Translations under genes and position numbers: made by a program
The notes under the pieces: generated by a model
Database searches by the model: none
What the model was told of the DNA's origin: nothing
What the model saw: only the letters and a program-made list of their open reading frames with translations
From: Gammaproteobacteria bacterium
Lineage (GTDB): Bacteria > Pseudomonadota > Gammaproteobacteria > Steroidobacterales > Rariloculaceae
DNA length: 64,000 nucleotides
Assembly (NCBI GenBank): GCA_022819855.1
Contig: JAJEGN010000012.1
Coordinates: 10,746-74,745 of the forward strand
Direction: 5' to 3'
Shown: piece by piece, positions 20,731 to 30,398 of the stretch
Layout: each line of letters begins with the position of its first letter
How positions within the stretch are numbered: position 1 is the first letter of the stretch

Positions 20731-21813
20731 ATGAATCGCGTCCATAACTTCAGCGCGGGCCCGGCCGCGCTGCCGGATGCCGTGCTCGAGCGGGCACGGG
20801 CGGACCTCCCGGATTGGCAGGGCCTGGGCATGTCGGTCATGGAAGTCAGCCACCGTGGCCCGGACTTCATGGCGCTGGCTGAACGCACGGAAGCAAGCCT
20901 GCGCGAGTTGCTCGACGTCCCCGAGAACTATCGGATCCTCTTCCTCGCCGGCGGCGCAACGCTCCAGTTTGCGTCAGTGCCGCTGAATCTTGCCCCACCT
21001 GGGTCGGGCGCCGACTATGTCGTGACCGGGAACTGGGGCAGGAAGGCGGTTTCGGAGGCCTCACGCTATCTGAATGTCAATGTCGCAGCGGACAGCGAGT
21101 CCACCGGGTACACGACCATACCGGATCCTGCGACCTGGTCGGTCCGTGACGATGCAGCCTATCTGCACTACACGCCCAACGAAACGGTTTACGGCGTCGA
21201 GTTCCACGCAATTCCCGACGTCAGCGACGCGCCGCTCGTCGCCGACATGTCCTCCACGGTCATGTCGCGGCCGATCGACGTGAGCCGTTACGGCGTCATC
21301 TATGCCGGCGCGCAGAAGAACCTGGGCGCGGCGGGAATCACCTTGCTGGTCGTGCGCGACGATCTCACAGGCCGTGCCCGCGGCGACACGCCGGGGGTCG
21401 TGGACTATCGGCTCATGGCGGAGTCCGGTTCAATGTGGAACACGCCGCCGACGTTCTGCTGGTACATCATGGCGCTCGTGCTCGACTGGCTGCGCGACGA
21501 GGGCGGCCTGGCGGTCATGGCCGAACGCAACGAACGCAAGGCGGGGAAGCTCTACAGCGCAATCGACGCCTCGGAGTTCTACGACAACCCCGTCGATGCG
21601 GCGTGCCGGTCCTGGATGAACGTACCCTTCAGGTTGGCAGACCCGGAACTTGACGACGTTTTTCTTGCCGAAGCCGAGGCGGCACGTCTCACGAACCTCA
21701 AGGGGCACCGGCTGGCCGGCGGCATGAGAGCGAGCATCTACAATGCGATGCCGGAGTCCGGCATCGATGCGCTCATCGACTTCATGGCCGACTTCGAGGA
21801 CCGCCGGGCTTGA
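20731..21813 (+). CDS. serC: phosphoserine aminotransferase
   Basis: Sequence MNRVHNFSAGPAALPDAVLE...MEVSHRG.DF...YAGAQKNLG. 360 aa. Confidence 0.9.
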   Translation: MNRVHNFSAGPAALPDAVLERARADLPDWQGLGMSVMEVSHRGPDFMALAERTEASLRELLDVPENYRILFLAGGATLQFASVPLNLAPPGSGADYVVTGNWGRKAVSEASRYLNVNVAADSESTGYTTIPDPATWSVRDDAAYLHYTPNETVYGVEFHAIPDVSDAPLVADMSSTVMSRPIDVSRYGVIYAGAQKNLGAAGITLLVVRDDLTGRARGDTPGVVDYRLMAESGSMWNTPPTFCWYIMALVLDWLRDEGGLAVMAERNERKAGKLYSAIDASEFYDNPVDAACRSWMNVPFRLADPELDDVFLAEAEAARLTNLKGHRLAGGMRASIYNAMPESGIDALIDFMADFEDRRA

Positions 21814-21868
21814 GTCCCGACGTGAACAGGGGGTCGAACGCCGTAGACGCGATGCAGGCGACACAGGC

Positions 21869-22984
21869 ATGAGCAAACAATCCAGATCTGCGCGGTCAGC
21901 GAAGCCGTTGTCGCTCGACGAGCTGCGCGACAGAATCGATCGGCTCGACGCCGAAATCCAGGCGCGAATCTCCGAGCGCGCCCGGTGCGCGCGGCAGGTC
22001 GGCGAGGTGAAGGGCCTGGCAGGGCCTGCCGAGTTCTATCGTCCCGAGCGGGAGGCCCAGGTATTGCGCAACGTCGTTGAACGCAACGACGGGCCGCTCA
22101 GCGACGAGGAGATGGTGCGACTGTTTCGCGAACTCATGTCGGCCTGTCTCGCTCAGGAGGAGCCGCTCAAGGTCGCGTACCTCGGTCCTGAAGCCACCTT
22201 CACGCAAGCTGCCGTGCTCAGGCATTTCGGGCATTCCGTGCGGGCCCTGCCGATGCCGACGATCGGCGAGGTATTTCGCGAGGTCGAGAGCGGCGGTGCG
22301 GACTTCGGCATCGCACCGGTCGAGAATTCAAGCGAAGGTACGGTCAACCATACGCTCGACCGGTTTCTGACCTCGCCGCTCAAGATCTGCGGCGAAGTCG
22401 AACTCAGGATTCACCAGAACCTGATGGGGCGCATGAAGGAGATCGGGCAGGTTCGCCGGGTTTGCGGGCACGCGCAATCGCTTGCGCAGTGCCGTGCATG
22501 GCTGGCGCAGTATCTGCCGGATGTCGAACAGATTCCGGTCGCAAGCAACGCCGAGGCGGCGCGGCGGGCGCGCGACGAGACGGGCACGGCTGCGCTCGGC
22601 AGCGAGGCGGCGGCGGAAGTCTACGAGCTCGGCATGCTGTTTGAAAACGTCGAGGACCGCGAGGACAACACGACGCGGTTTCTCGTGATCGGCAGGAAGC
22701 TCTTTCCGCCGAGCGGATCCGACAAGACGACCTTGCTGATCTCCGCGACGAGCACCACGGGCCCCGGCGTCCTCATGCACCTGCTCGAGCCGCTCGCCAG
22801 GCATGGCATCAACATGACGCGAATCGAATCGCGGCCTTCGCGCAGGCGCAAATGGGATTATGTCTTTTTCGTCGATATTGACGGGCACGCCGGCGAAGAG
22901 CCCGCAAGCCAGGCACTCGAGGAAGTCAAACGCGGGGCCGACCTGTTCCGCATACTCGGCGCGTATCCGAAACGCGTCATCTAG
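21869..22984 (+). CDS. pheA: bifunctional chorismate mutase / prephenate dehydratase (P-protein)
   Basis: The ATG at 21869 starts a CM domain (LDELRDRIDRLDAEIQARISERARCA), a PDT domain (KVAYLGPEATFTQ...ESRPS) and a C-terminal ACT domain. The ORF-track N-terminus overlapping serC was trimmed. Confidence 0.9.
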   Translation: MSKQSRSARSAKPLSLDELRDRIDRLDAEIQARISERARCARQVGEVKGLAGPAEFYRPEREAQVLRNVVERNDGPLSDEEMVRLFRELMSACLAQEEPLKVAYLGPEATFTQAAVLRHFGHSVRALPMPTIGEVFREVESGGADFGIAPVENSSEGTVNHTLDRFLTSPLKICGEVELRIHQNLMGRMKEIGQVRRVCGHAQSLAQCRAWLAQYLPDVEQIPVASNAEAARRARDETGTAALGSEAAAEVYELGMLFENVEDREDNTTRFLVIGRKLFPPSGSDKTTLLISATSTTGPGVLMHLLEPLARHGINMTRIESRPSRRRKWDYVFFVDIDGHAGEEPASQALEEVKRGADLFRILGAYPKRVI

Positions 22985-22995
22985 GAATCGGTTCG

Positions 22996-24315
22996 TTGAC
23001 TGCCGGATCACAGCGCTTTGTGGTCGAGCCGCTGCGCAGGGTCGGCGGAGAGCTGACCGTGCCCGGCGACAAGTCCATCTCGCACCGCGCGGCAATGCTC
23101 GCCTCCGTCGCCTGCGGCGATTCGCGGGTACGCGGCTTCCTGCGAGGCGAGGACTGCCTGGCGACTGTCGAAGCGTGCAGGGCGCTCGGCGTTTCGATTA
23201 CGGACGACGGGCAGGGTGAGCTTCTGATCGAAGGGTGTGGCATCGACGGCCTGCGCGCACCGAGCCACCCGCTCGACCTCGGCAATTCCGGAACGGGCCT
23301 GCGCCTGATGGCCGGGCTGCTTGCGGCCCAGCCGTTCGACGTGGAACTCACGGGGGACGAATCGTTGCGGTCGCGGCCGATGGCGCGGATCGCCGAACCG
23401 CTGGCGGCGATGGGCGCGGAGATCGATACCACCGATGGCCGGGCGCCGTTGCGGCTTCGAGGCCGATCCGGGCTCCGGGGTATCGATTACACGTTGCCTG
23501 TAGCGAGCGCACAGCTGAAGTCAGCCCTGCTCCTGGCGGGCCTCTCCGCACGGGGAACGACGACGGTCAGGTCGCCCGGACTGTCTCGGGATCATACGGA
23601 GCGCATGTTGTGCGGCATGGGCATCGCGTTGGACGAGGACGCCGATGCGGCTGTCGTGTCGCTGGAAGGTCCCGCCGAACCGCGCGCGTTCGAGATCTCG
23701 GTCCCGGGTGACTTCTCGTCGGCCGCCTTCTTCATCGTCGCCGGCTGCCTTGCGGCGCCGGACGGCATGACGATCAGGAACGTCGGGGTCAACCCGACAC
23801 GCACCGGCCTGATGACGATACTGCGCATGATGGGCGCCCGTATCGAGATGGCGAATCTCAGAACGGTGGGCACGGAACCCGTCGCCGACCTGCACGTCAG
23901 CCAGAGCGAATTGCGGGGCATCGAGGTACCCGAAGCCCTCGTACCGCTCGCGATCGACGAGTTTCCCGTGCTTTTCGTCGCGGCGGTCGGCGCAACGGGG
24001 CGTACAGTCATACGCGGCGCCGAAGAGTTGCGCCACAAGGAGTGCGACCGGCTGGCCGTCATGGCCGAAGCGCTCAACGCGCTTGGCGCGCGGGCCCGCG
24101 AACTGCCTGACGGGCTCATCGTTGATGGCGGGGAACTCACCGGCGGCAGTGCGTCGAGTCACGGCGACCATCGTGTCGCGATGGCGCTCGCGGTCGCGGC
24201 GGTCCTGGCAGAAGACACCATCGTAATCGACGAGACGGCGCAGGTGACGACATCGTTTCCCGGCTTCGTCGACGTTGCCGCACAGGCCGGCCTGCCGATC
24301 GCCGACCAGGCGTGA
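22996..24315 (+). CDS. aroA: 3-phosphoshikimate 1-carboxyvinyltransferase (EPSP synthase)
   Basis: Sequence VPGDKSISHRAAMLASVA...LGNSGTGLRLMAG...LRSRPMARI...HGDHRVAMALAV. The start codon is TTG. Confidence 0.9.
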   Translation: MTAGSQRFVVEPLRRVGGELTVPGDKSISHRAAMLASVACGDSRVRGFLRGEDCLATVEACRALGVSITDDGQGELLIEGCGIDGLRAPSHPLDLGNSGTGLRLMAGLLAAQPFDVELTGDESLRSRPMARIAEPLAAMGAEIDTTDGRAPLRLRGRSGLRGIDYTLPVASAQLKSALLLAGLSARGTTTVRSPGLSRDHTERMLCGMGIALDEDADAAVVSLEGPAEPRAFEISVPGDFSSAAFFIVAGCLAAPDGMTIRNVGVNPTRTGLMTILRMMGARIEMANLRTVGTEPVADLHVSQSELRGIEVPEALVPLAIDEFPVLFVAAVGATGRTVIRGAEELRHKECDRLAVMAEALNALGARARELPDGLIVDGGELTGGSASSHGDHRVAMALAVAAVLAEDTIVIDETAQVTTSFPGFVDVAAQAGLPIADQA

Positions 24316-24328
24316 GGGCTCACTCGGG

Positions 24329-25021
24329 ATGAGCGGCGGCGTGCACATCGTCACCATCGACGGGCCGAGCGGCTCCGGGAAGGGTACGGTAAGCCGCGCA
24401 CTTGCCGATCACCTGGGCTGGCATCTGCTCGACAGCGGCGCGCTCTATCGGCTCACCGCGCTTGCGGCTCAACTGAAACGGATTCCGGACGCGGACGAAG
24501 CAGCGCTGGCCAGCCTTGCGGCCGGCATGAACGCGACCCTGTCGTATCGCGGTGGCGTAGAACAGGCAACTCTCGACGGTGAGGACGTGAGCGACGCATT
24601 GCGCTCGGAGCATTGCGGCGAGCTTGCTTCCAGAGTAGCCGCCGTCCCCGGCGTCCGGCACGCACTGCTCGATCGCCAGCGCGCCTTCGCAAGACCTCCC
24701 GGTCTCGTTGCCGACGGACGCGACATGGGCACGGTCGTCTTCCCCTCTGCCCGGGTCAAGCTGTTTCTGACGGCGAGCTCCGAGGAAAGAGCGTTGAGGC
24801 GACATAAGCAGTTGAAACAAAAAGGGATTGATGTTAGCCTTCGCACCCTTTCCGAGGACATTGGCCAGCGCGACGAACGCGATGCGAACCGCAGCTTATC
24901 GCCGCTTCGCGCCGCAGACGATGCGCGAGTCATCGACTCCACAAGGCTTTCCCCCGAGGAAGTGACAGCCCGTATTCTGCCGCTGCTCGAAGCAGCCGGC
25001 ATTGGACCGAACCGGGCATGA
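24329..25021 (+). CDS. cmk: cytidylate kinase
   Basis: The ATG at 24329 gives MSGGVHIVTIDGPSGSGKGTVSRALADHLGWHLLDSGALYR. It also has LFLTASSEERALRRHKQL. Confidence 0.9.
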   Translation: MSGGVHIVTIDGPSGSGKGTVSRALADHLGWHLLDSGALYRLTALAAQLKRIPDADEAALASLAAGMNATLSYRGGVEQATLDGEDVSDALRSEHCGELASRVAAVPGVRHALLDRQRAFARPPGLVADGRDMGTVVFPSARVKLFLTASSEERALRRHKQLKQKGIDVSLRTLSEDIGQRDERDANRSLSPLRAADDARVIDSTRLSPEEVTARILPLLEAAGIGPNRA

Positions 25022-25105
25022 ACGTGTGCATGGGCAGGATGCCGGTGCAATTTGAGGTAGATCGCCGGGGCAGGATGCACCGGCGCAAGCGATAGAGAGT
25101 GTCGA

Positions 25106-26845
25106 ATGAGTGAGTCTTTTGCGGAGCTGCTGGAAGAAAGCCTGGCCAACCAGCAGATCAGGCCCGGTGCAATTCTGACGGGCACCGTCATTGACGTGAA
25201 TTCCGATGTCGTCATCGTCAATGCGGATCTCAAGTCCGAGGCGGTCATCCCCGCCAACCAGTTTCTGAATGAGAAGGGCGAGATCGAGGTCGTCGTCGGT
25301 GACGAAGTCGAGGTCGCACTCGATTCCGTGGAGGACGGCTTCGGCGAGACGCAGCTTTCGCGCGAGAAAGCCAAACGCGCCCGTACCTGGACGCGGCTCG
25401 AGGAGTCGTTCCAGGCCGGCAAGGTGGTCACGGGGACAATCAGCGGCCGCGTACGCGGCGGCTTTACCGTCGATATCGATTTCGTCCGGGCTTTCCTGCC
25501 CGGGTCCCTCGTCGATGTGCGGCCGGTCCATGATCCGGGCGCGCTCGAGGGCAATTCGCTCGAATTCAAGGTCATCAAGCTCGACCAGAAGCGCAACAAC
25601 GTTGTCGTCTCGCGCCGTGCGGTCGTCGAGGAGGAGCACAGCGCGGAACGCGAAGCCCTGTTGAAGAGCTTGCAGGAAGGCGCGGTGCTGAACGGCGTCG
25701 TCAAGAACATGACCGACTATGGCGCGTTCGTCGATCTCGGCGGCATCGACGGCTTGCTGCATATCACCGACATGGCCTGGAAGCGCGTCAAGCATCCCTC
25801 GGAAGTCGTCAGCGTTGGCCAGGAACTCCAGGTCAAGGTGCTGAAGTTCGATCGGGAGCGCAGCCGGGTGTCGCTGGGTCTGAAACAGCTCGGGGCGGAC
25901 CCCTGGGTCGACCTGTCGCGCCGCTATCCTCGCAATACGCGCCTCTTCGGCACCGTCACCAACATCGCCGACTACGGTTGTTTCGTGGAGATCGAAGAGG
26001 GCGTGGAAGGTCTCGTTCACGTGTCCGAGATGGACTGGACCAACAGGAACGTGAATCCGCACAAGGTCGTGCAGATCGGCGACGAAGTCGAAATCATGGT
26101 GCTCGACATCGACGAAGAACGCCGGCGCATTTCGCTCGGTCTCAAGCAGTGCATGCCCAATCCCTGGAGCGAGTTCGCGCAGAACTACAAGAAGGGCGAC
26201 CGGGTATCCGGACCGATCAAGTCGATCACGGACTTCGGCGTCTTCATCGGCCTGCCGGGCGATATTGACGGGCTCGTCCATCTGTCCGACCTGTCTTGGG
26301 ACGTGCCCGGCGAACAGGCCGTGCGCAACTATTCGAAGGGCGAGGAACTGGAGACGACGGTGCTTGCCATCGACCCGGAACGCGAACGCATCTCGCTCGG
26401 GGTCAAGCAACTCGACCGGGATCCAATGTCGTCGTTCCTGGCCCAGCATCCGAAGGGAAGCACGGTCAAGGGCGTGGTCGAGGAGGTCGATGCCAAGGCA
26501 GCGACCATCCAGCTTGAAGGCGGCGTGATCGGCCAGCTTCGCGCGTCGGAGATATCACGCGACCGGGTCGAGGATGCGCGAATGGTGCTCAAGCCCGGGC
26601 AGGAGATCGAGGCGAGGTTTACGGGCGTCGACCGCAAGACGCGCGTCATCTCACTGTCGATCAAGGCCAAGGAAGCGCAGGAAGAAGCCCAGGCGATTCA
26701 GAGTTACAAGGCCGAAGAGAGTCGTACGGCGACTTCGACGACACTCGGTGATCTGCTCAAGCAGCAGATGAGCGAAGACACTGACGCCGCGCAGGAGAAG
26801 AAGCGGAGCGGGAAGAAGGCCGAAGGCGACGATTCGGCCGAGTAG
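25106..26845 (+). CDS. rpsA: 30S ribosomal protein S1
   Basis: 579 aa with six S1 repeats (e.g. [37 protein letters not shown]). Confidence 0.95.
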   Translation: MSESFAELLEESLANQQIRPGAILTGTVIDVNSDVVIVNADLKSEAVIPANQFLNEKGEIEVVVGDEVEVALDSVEDGFGETQLSREKAKRARTWTRLEESFQAGKVVTGTISGRVRGGFTVDIDFVRAFLPGSLVDVRPVHDPGALEGNSLEFKVIKLDQKRNNVVVSRRAVVEEEHSAEREALLKSLQEGAVLNGVVKNMTDYGAFVDLGGIDGLLHITDMAWKRVKHPSEVVSVGQELQVKVLKFDRERSRVSLGLKQLGADPWVDLSRRYPRNTRLFGTVTNIADYGCFVEIEEGVEGLVHVSEMDWTNRNVNPHKVVQIGDEVEIMVLDIDEERRRISLGLKQCMPNPWSEFAQNYKKGDRVSGPIKSITDFGVFIGLPGDIDGLVHLSDLSWDVPGEQAVRNYSKGEELETTVLAIDPERERISLGVKQLDRDPMSSFLAQHPKGSTVKGVVEEVDAKAATIQLEGGVIGQLRASEISRDRVEDARMVLKPGQEIEARFTGVDRKTRVISLSIKAKEAQEEAQAIQSYKAEESRTATSTTLGDLLKQQMSEDTDAAQEKKRSGKKAEGDDSAE

Positions 26846-26913
26846 ACGGGACGTTCGGCCGGCCGGCGGGCCTTTGCAGGCGTCACGGGTGGTTTGGGGA
26901 GCAGGCCCTGGCG

Positions 26914-27216
26914 ATGACAAAATCCGAGTTGATCGAATCGATTGCGAGAAGTCAGAAGCACTTGCCGGCCAAGGACGTCGAGCTCGCCGTCAAGCACATC
27001 CTCGAGTTGATGAGCGAATCGCTGGGGAACGGCAACCGGATCGAGATTCGCGGTTTCGGCAGCTTTTCCCTTCACTACCGTCCGCCCAGGATGGGCCGCA
27101 ATCCCAAGACCGGCGACTCCGTGGCCCTTGCGGGCAAACACGTACCGCATTTCAAGCCCGGCAAGAACCTTCGCGAACGGGTCAACAATTCAAGACACCT
27201 TCGCGTGCGCAGCTAA
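26914..27216 (+). CDS. ihfB: integration host factor subunit beta
   Basis: Sequence [27 protein letters not shown]...[28 protein letters not shown]. It follows rpsA, as in gammaproteobacteria. Confidence 0.9.
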   Translation: MTKSELIESIARSQKHLPAKDVELAVKHILELMSESLGNGNRIEIRGFGSFSLHYRPPRMGRNPKTGDSVALAGKHVPHFKPGKNLRERVNNSRHLRVRS

Positions 27217-27261
27217 TCCATTACAATCGGGCGAAAGCCGCCCGATTCGACTGGTGCAACG

Positions 27262-27567
27262 TTGGCCACCCTGCGCAGAGCCACCTATTTCCTCGTTCTC
27301 GTGTTGCTCGTTCTCGTGGTTGTCTTGCTGGCCTACAGCAATCCCGAGCCGGTTACGCTCGATATCGGCATCACGAGGATCGAGAACGTGTCGATGTCCG
27401 TGGCGCTTGCCGGCGCGTTTGCCGTGGGCTGGCTGTTCGGTCTGATCTCGGCCGGTGCGGCACTGCTCAGGATGATGGGTGACAGGCGCAGGTTGCGCCG
27501 GGAAATCAGGTTCGCCGAAGCCGAACTCAGCAGCCTGCGTGGCTTGCCGCTGCAAGATGCCGACTGA
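27262..27567 (+). CDS. lapA: LapA-family (DUF1049) lipopolysaccharide assembly inner-membrane protein
   Basis: 101 aa with two TM helices and a basic C-terminal tail. It lies immediately upstream of and overlapping lapB. The start codon is TTG and there is no obvious SD. Confidence 0.65.
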   Translation: MATLRRATYFLVLVLLVLVVVLLAYSNPEPVTLDIGITRIENVSMSVALAGAFAVGWLFGLISAGAALLRMMGDRRRLRREIRFAEAELSSLRGLPLQDAD

Positions 27568-28741
27568 AGCCACATTCCTGCTCGCGGGCCTGCTCATCGT
27601 ATTCGCGGCCGCAGGCTGGGCCTTCGCGTGGTTCGGAGACCGGGACCGCGACAGCGAACTCCCCGCGCGCATCAATGCCGACTATATCCGGGGGCTCAAC
27701 CTCGTTCTCAGCCGGCGAACCGACGAGGCGCTCGAACTCTTCCTCCAGATGGCCAAGGTCGACGACGAGACGCTCGAGACGCATTTCGCGCTCGGTCACC
27801 TGTTCCGACGGCGTGGCGAGATGGAACGGGCAATCCGGGTCCACCAGAATCTGCTGGCACGACCCAACCTGAGTCAGGCGCAACGCGACCAGGCTCTTTA
27901 TGCGCTCGGCGAGGACTACCTCGGCGCGGGCCTCTTCGATCGCGCCGAGAGCCTGTTCAAGGATCTGACGGACAGCGATACGGTCGCGACGTCCGCGCTC
28001 GAGCGACTCGTCTATATCTACGAGCGCGAGCAGGAATGGGAGCTGGCGATCGAAGCCCAGCGTCGCCTGGAGGCGCGCAGCGGTGAGAAGTCCAGTCACA
28101 TCGCCCACTACTATTGCGAGCTTGCCGAACGCGCGCGGCATGACGGTGACCTGAACGGTGCCCGAGCCTACCTCAGCAACACCTTGCGCAGCGAAACCGG
28201 TGCGATCAGGGGCACCCTGATCCGTGCGGCAATCGCAAAGGAAGAAGGCGATCATGAAAGGGCGCTGGGATTGTACGAACAGGTCCTCGACCGGGACAGC
28301 CGATTCATGCCGGAAGTCCTGCCGGAACTCTTCGACTGCTATGCACAGACTCGCAGAATGCCTGACTTCGACGGCTACATCGACGGGCTCGTCGCCAGGG
28401 ACCGGACCGCGGTCGGCAACGTCGCGTATGCGTCCATCGTCGGCGAGCTGACGGGCTCGCAGGCTCTGGCACGGTGCGTCGAGGAGTTCGTGTACGGCGA
28501 GGAAACGCTCGCGCGGCTCGTCGATGTCGATACGCTGCGTTCGGCGAAGCCCGAACACAAGAGCCGGGCACTCGAGCGCATCTCCAATGCGCTCAGAAGT
28601 CTGGGGCTTGCAAGCGCACGCTACCGCTGCACGAACTGCGGGTTCAGTACACGGCGGTTCATCTGGCATTGCCCAAGCTGCAAGCTCTGGGAAACGCTAC
28701 GTCCCATTCAGCGTTTCCAGCTCGAATCGCTCATGGGTTAG
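27557..28741 (+). CDS. lapB: lipopolysaccharide assembly protein LapB (YciM)
   Basis: The ATG at 27557 is followed by an N-terminal TM helix (FLLAGLLIVFAAAGWAF), TPR repeats, and a C-terminal rubredoxin-like CTNCGF...WHCPSCKLW. Confidence 0.85.
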   Translation: MPTEATFLLAGLLIVFAAAGWAFAWFGDRDRDSELPARINADYIRGLNLVLSRRTDEALELFLQMAKVDDETLETHFALGHLFRRRGEMERAIRVHQNLLARPNLSQAQRDQALYALGEDYLGAGLFDRAESLFKDLTDSDTVATSALERLVYIYEREQEWELAIEAQRRLEARSGEKSSHIAHYYCELAERARHDGDLNGARAYLSNTLRSETGAIRGTLIRAAIAKEEGDHERALGLYEQVLDRDSRFMPEVLPELFDCYAQTRRMPDFDGYIDGLVARDRTAVGNVAYASIVGELTGSQALARCVEEFVYGEETLARLVDVDTLRSAKPEHKSRALERISNALRSLGLASARYRCTNCGFSTRRFIWHCPSCKLWETLRPIQRFQLESLMG

Positions 28742-28833
28742 CTGAATCTGCGCCAAGCCGCCGGATTGGAGTGCTGCCGGTCGAACGCGCGGCCACTAGC
28801 ATCTCGATCTCAATCCACGACGGAGTGAGATCC

Positions 28834-29139
28834 ATGAAACCCAGACGACTGATTCTGCTTGCTGCGTTGACCTGGCTGCTTGGGCCCGTAACCCTGCTCG
28901 CCGGTCCGGTCAACATCAATACGGCCGATGCCGACACACTCGCCATGGAGCTGACCGGCGTGGGTCCGGTACTCGCCGACGCCATCGTGCGCGACCGCGA
29001 AGAGAACGGCCGCTATGCGTCGCCGGATGCGCTCACCCGGGTCAGCGGCATCGGTCCGCGCATCGTCGAGATGAACCGGGAGAATATTCTCACGGGTGAC
29101 GCCGGCGAGTCGGCGGAGGCGGGCGAAGAGACCGGCTAG
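28834..29139 (+). CDS. ComEA-family helix-hairpin-helix DNA-binding protein (secreted)
   Basis: The ATG at 28834 is followed by a signal peptide and then VNINTADADTLAMELTGVGPVLADAIVRDREENGRYASPDALTRVSGIGPRIVE. Confidence 0.75.
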   Translation: MKPRRLILLAALTWLLGPVTLLAGPVNINTADADTLAMELTGVGPVLADAIVRDREENGRYASPDALTRVSGIGPRIVEMNRENILTGDAGESAEAGEETG

Positions 29140-29157
29140 GTCTCTCGCTTGCAGGTG

Positions 29158-29200
29158 GCGCGTGCCGAACCGGCAGCTCCGGTCCGGCACGCGCTTTACC
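29158..29200 (+). terminator. rho-independent-type terminator after comEA-like gene
   Basis: gcgcgtgccg (29158-29167) pairs perfectly with cggcacgcgc (29185-29194). An inner accgg/ccggt stem is present, and ttta follows the hairpin. Confidence 0.5.
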
Positions 29201-29260
29201 TTGGCCCTGCGAAGCTTGTCTAAAGTATGATTCGGCACTTGTGCGATATGGAGTCGCCCG

Positions 29261-30133
29261 ATGCCGAAAATTCGTACCGCGGTTTTTCCCGTGGCGGGGC
29301 GTGGAACCCGTTTTCTGCCTGCCACCAAGGCGCATCCCAAGGAAATGTTGCCGATCGTGGACAAGCCGCTCATCCAGTACGCGGTCGAAGAGGCGCTGGA
29401 CGCGGGCGCGGAGAAACTCGTATTCGTGACCGGGACATCCAAGCGGGCGATCGAGGACCATTTCGACGTCGACCCGGATCTCGAACGCGCGCTCGAGCGA
29501 TCGGGCAAGACCGATCTGCTCGATGCGGTTCGCAACATCGTGCCGCCGGGCGTAACCTGCCTGTATGTGCGCCAGGGCCGTCCGCTGGGTCTCGGTCACG
29601 CGGTGCTGTGTACTCGCGAGGCCATCGGCGACGAGCCCTTCTTCGTCCATCTCGCCGATGACCTAATCCACAGCGAAGAGCCGTGCCTGAAGCAGATGGC
29701 CGAGCATCATGCCGAGCACGGTTGCAGCGTTCTCGGCGTCGAAACGGTGCCGATGGATCAGACGGGCAACTACGGCGTCGTTGCCGTCGAAGCCGAACCG
29801 TCAGGCGCACAGCGAGTCACGAGCATCGTCGAGAAACCGAAACCCGAGGACGCGCCCTCGAACCTTGCGGTCGTCGGGCGCTATATCCTGACGCCTGCGA
29901 TCTACGATCATCTTTCGCAGACGGGCAAGGGTGCGGGCGGCGAGATTCAGCTCACCGACGGCATCGCAAGCCTGCTGCACGACGAGGCCGTACACGTGCT
30001 GCGCTTTGAAGGCCGACGCTACGACTGTGGCAGCAAGATCGGCTACCTGCGCGCAACCGTGGAATACGCGCTGCGGCACCCGGAACTCGGGGAGAACTTT
30101 CGCGCCTACCTGCAGGGTGTCTGGGAGCGCTGA
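29261..30133 (+). CDS. galU: UTP--glucose-1-phosphate uridylyltransferase
   Basis: Sequence [39 protein letters not shown]...[21 protein letters not shown]. Confidence 0.9.
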   Translation: MPKIRTAVFPVAGRGTRFLPATKAHPKEMLPIVDKPLIQYAVEEALDAGAEKLVFVTGTSKRAIEDHFDVDPDLERALERSGKTDLLDAVRNIVPPGVTCLYVRQGRPLGLGHAVLCTREAIGDEPFFVHLADDLIHSEEPCLKQMAEHHAEHGCSVLGVETVPMDQTGNYGVVAVEAEPSGAQRVTSIVEKPKPEDAPSNLAVVGRYILTPAIYDHLSQTGKGAGGEIQLTDGIASLLHDEAVHVLRFEGRRYDCGSKIGYLRATVEYALRHPELGENFRAYLQGVWER

Positions 30134-30143
30134 CCCTCCGCAC

Positions 30144-30355
30144 GCGGGTCACTTCGTAGGTCGGGGAGTTGCACTACGGCCTACTTGAAACACGCCGTGT
30201 ATCCATCCGTGGGGGCTCCGGGCGCGTGTCACTTTGTAGGTCGGGGAGTCACATTACGGCCTACTTGAAACACGCCGTGAATCCATCCATGGAGGCTCCG
30301 CGCGCGCATCCATGCGCGCGAGGGTTTCAAGTGGGCCGTAATGCGACTCCCCTTG
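30144..30355. repeat. REP/BIME-like intergenic repeat cluster (two direct ~73-bp copies, 80-bp period, plus an inverted partial copy around a perfect palindrome)
   Basis: Copy 1 (30148-30220) and copy 2 (30228-30300) are about 90% identical. Each contains the hairpin gtaggtcg-N13-cggcctac. The sequence cgcgcgcat-cc-atgcgcgcg at 30301-30320 is a perfect palindrome. Positions 30321-30352 are the reverse complement of the ggggagtcacattacggcctacttgaaac core. Confidence 0.75.
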
Positions 30356-30398
30356 CGTTTGTGGCAGGCCGGTAGTGTGCTCCACTTGCGTTGGTGCC

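Noticed and set aside
24795-24845. Possible rpsA promoter inside the 3' end of cmk (TTGAAA-17-TAGCCT)
   Set aside because: The -10 is weak (3 of 6). The AT-richness here is explained by the conserved K/Q-rich Cmk peptide (RHKQLKQKG). It is plausible by analogy with E. coli, but the sequence alone does not support reporting it as a feature.
30144-30355. Possible CRISPR array, given the direct repeats with an 80-bp period
   Set aside because: There are only two direct copies, and the entire 73-bp unit is repeated, so there are no unique spacers. An inverted copy is also present, and there are no cas genes. REP/BIME-type structure fits better.
30169-30375. 68-aa ORF inside the galU / CoA-transferase intergenic region
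   Set aside because: It is composed entirely of the REP-like repeat units. It has no SD, and the repeated peptide is a by-product of the DNA repeat.
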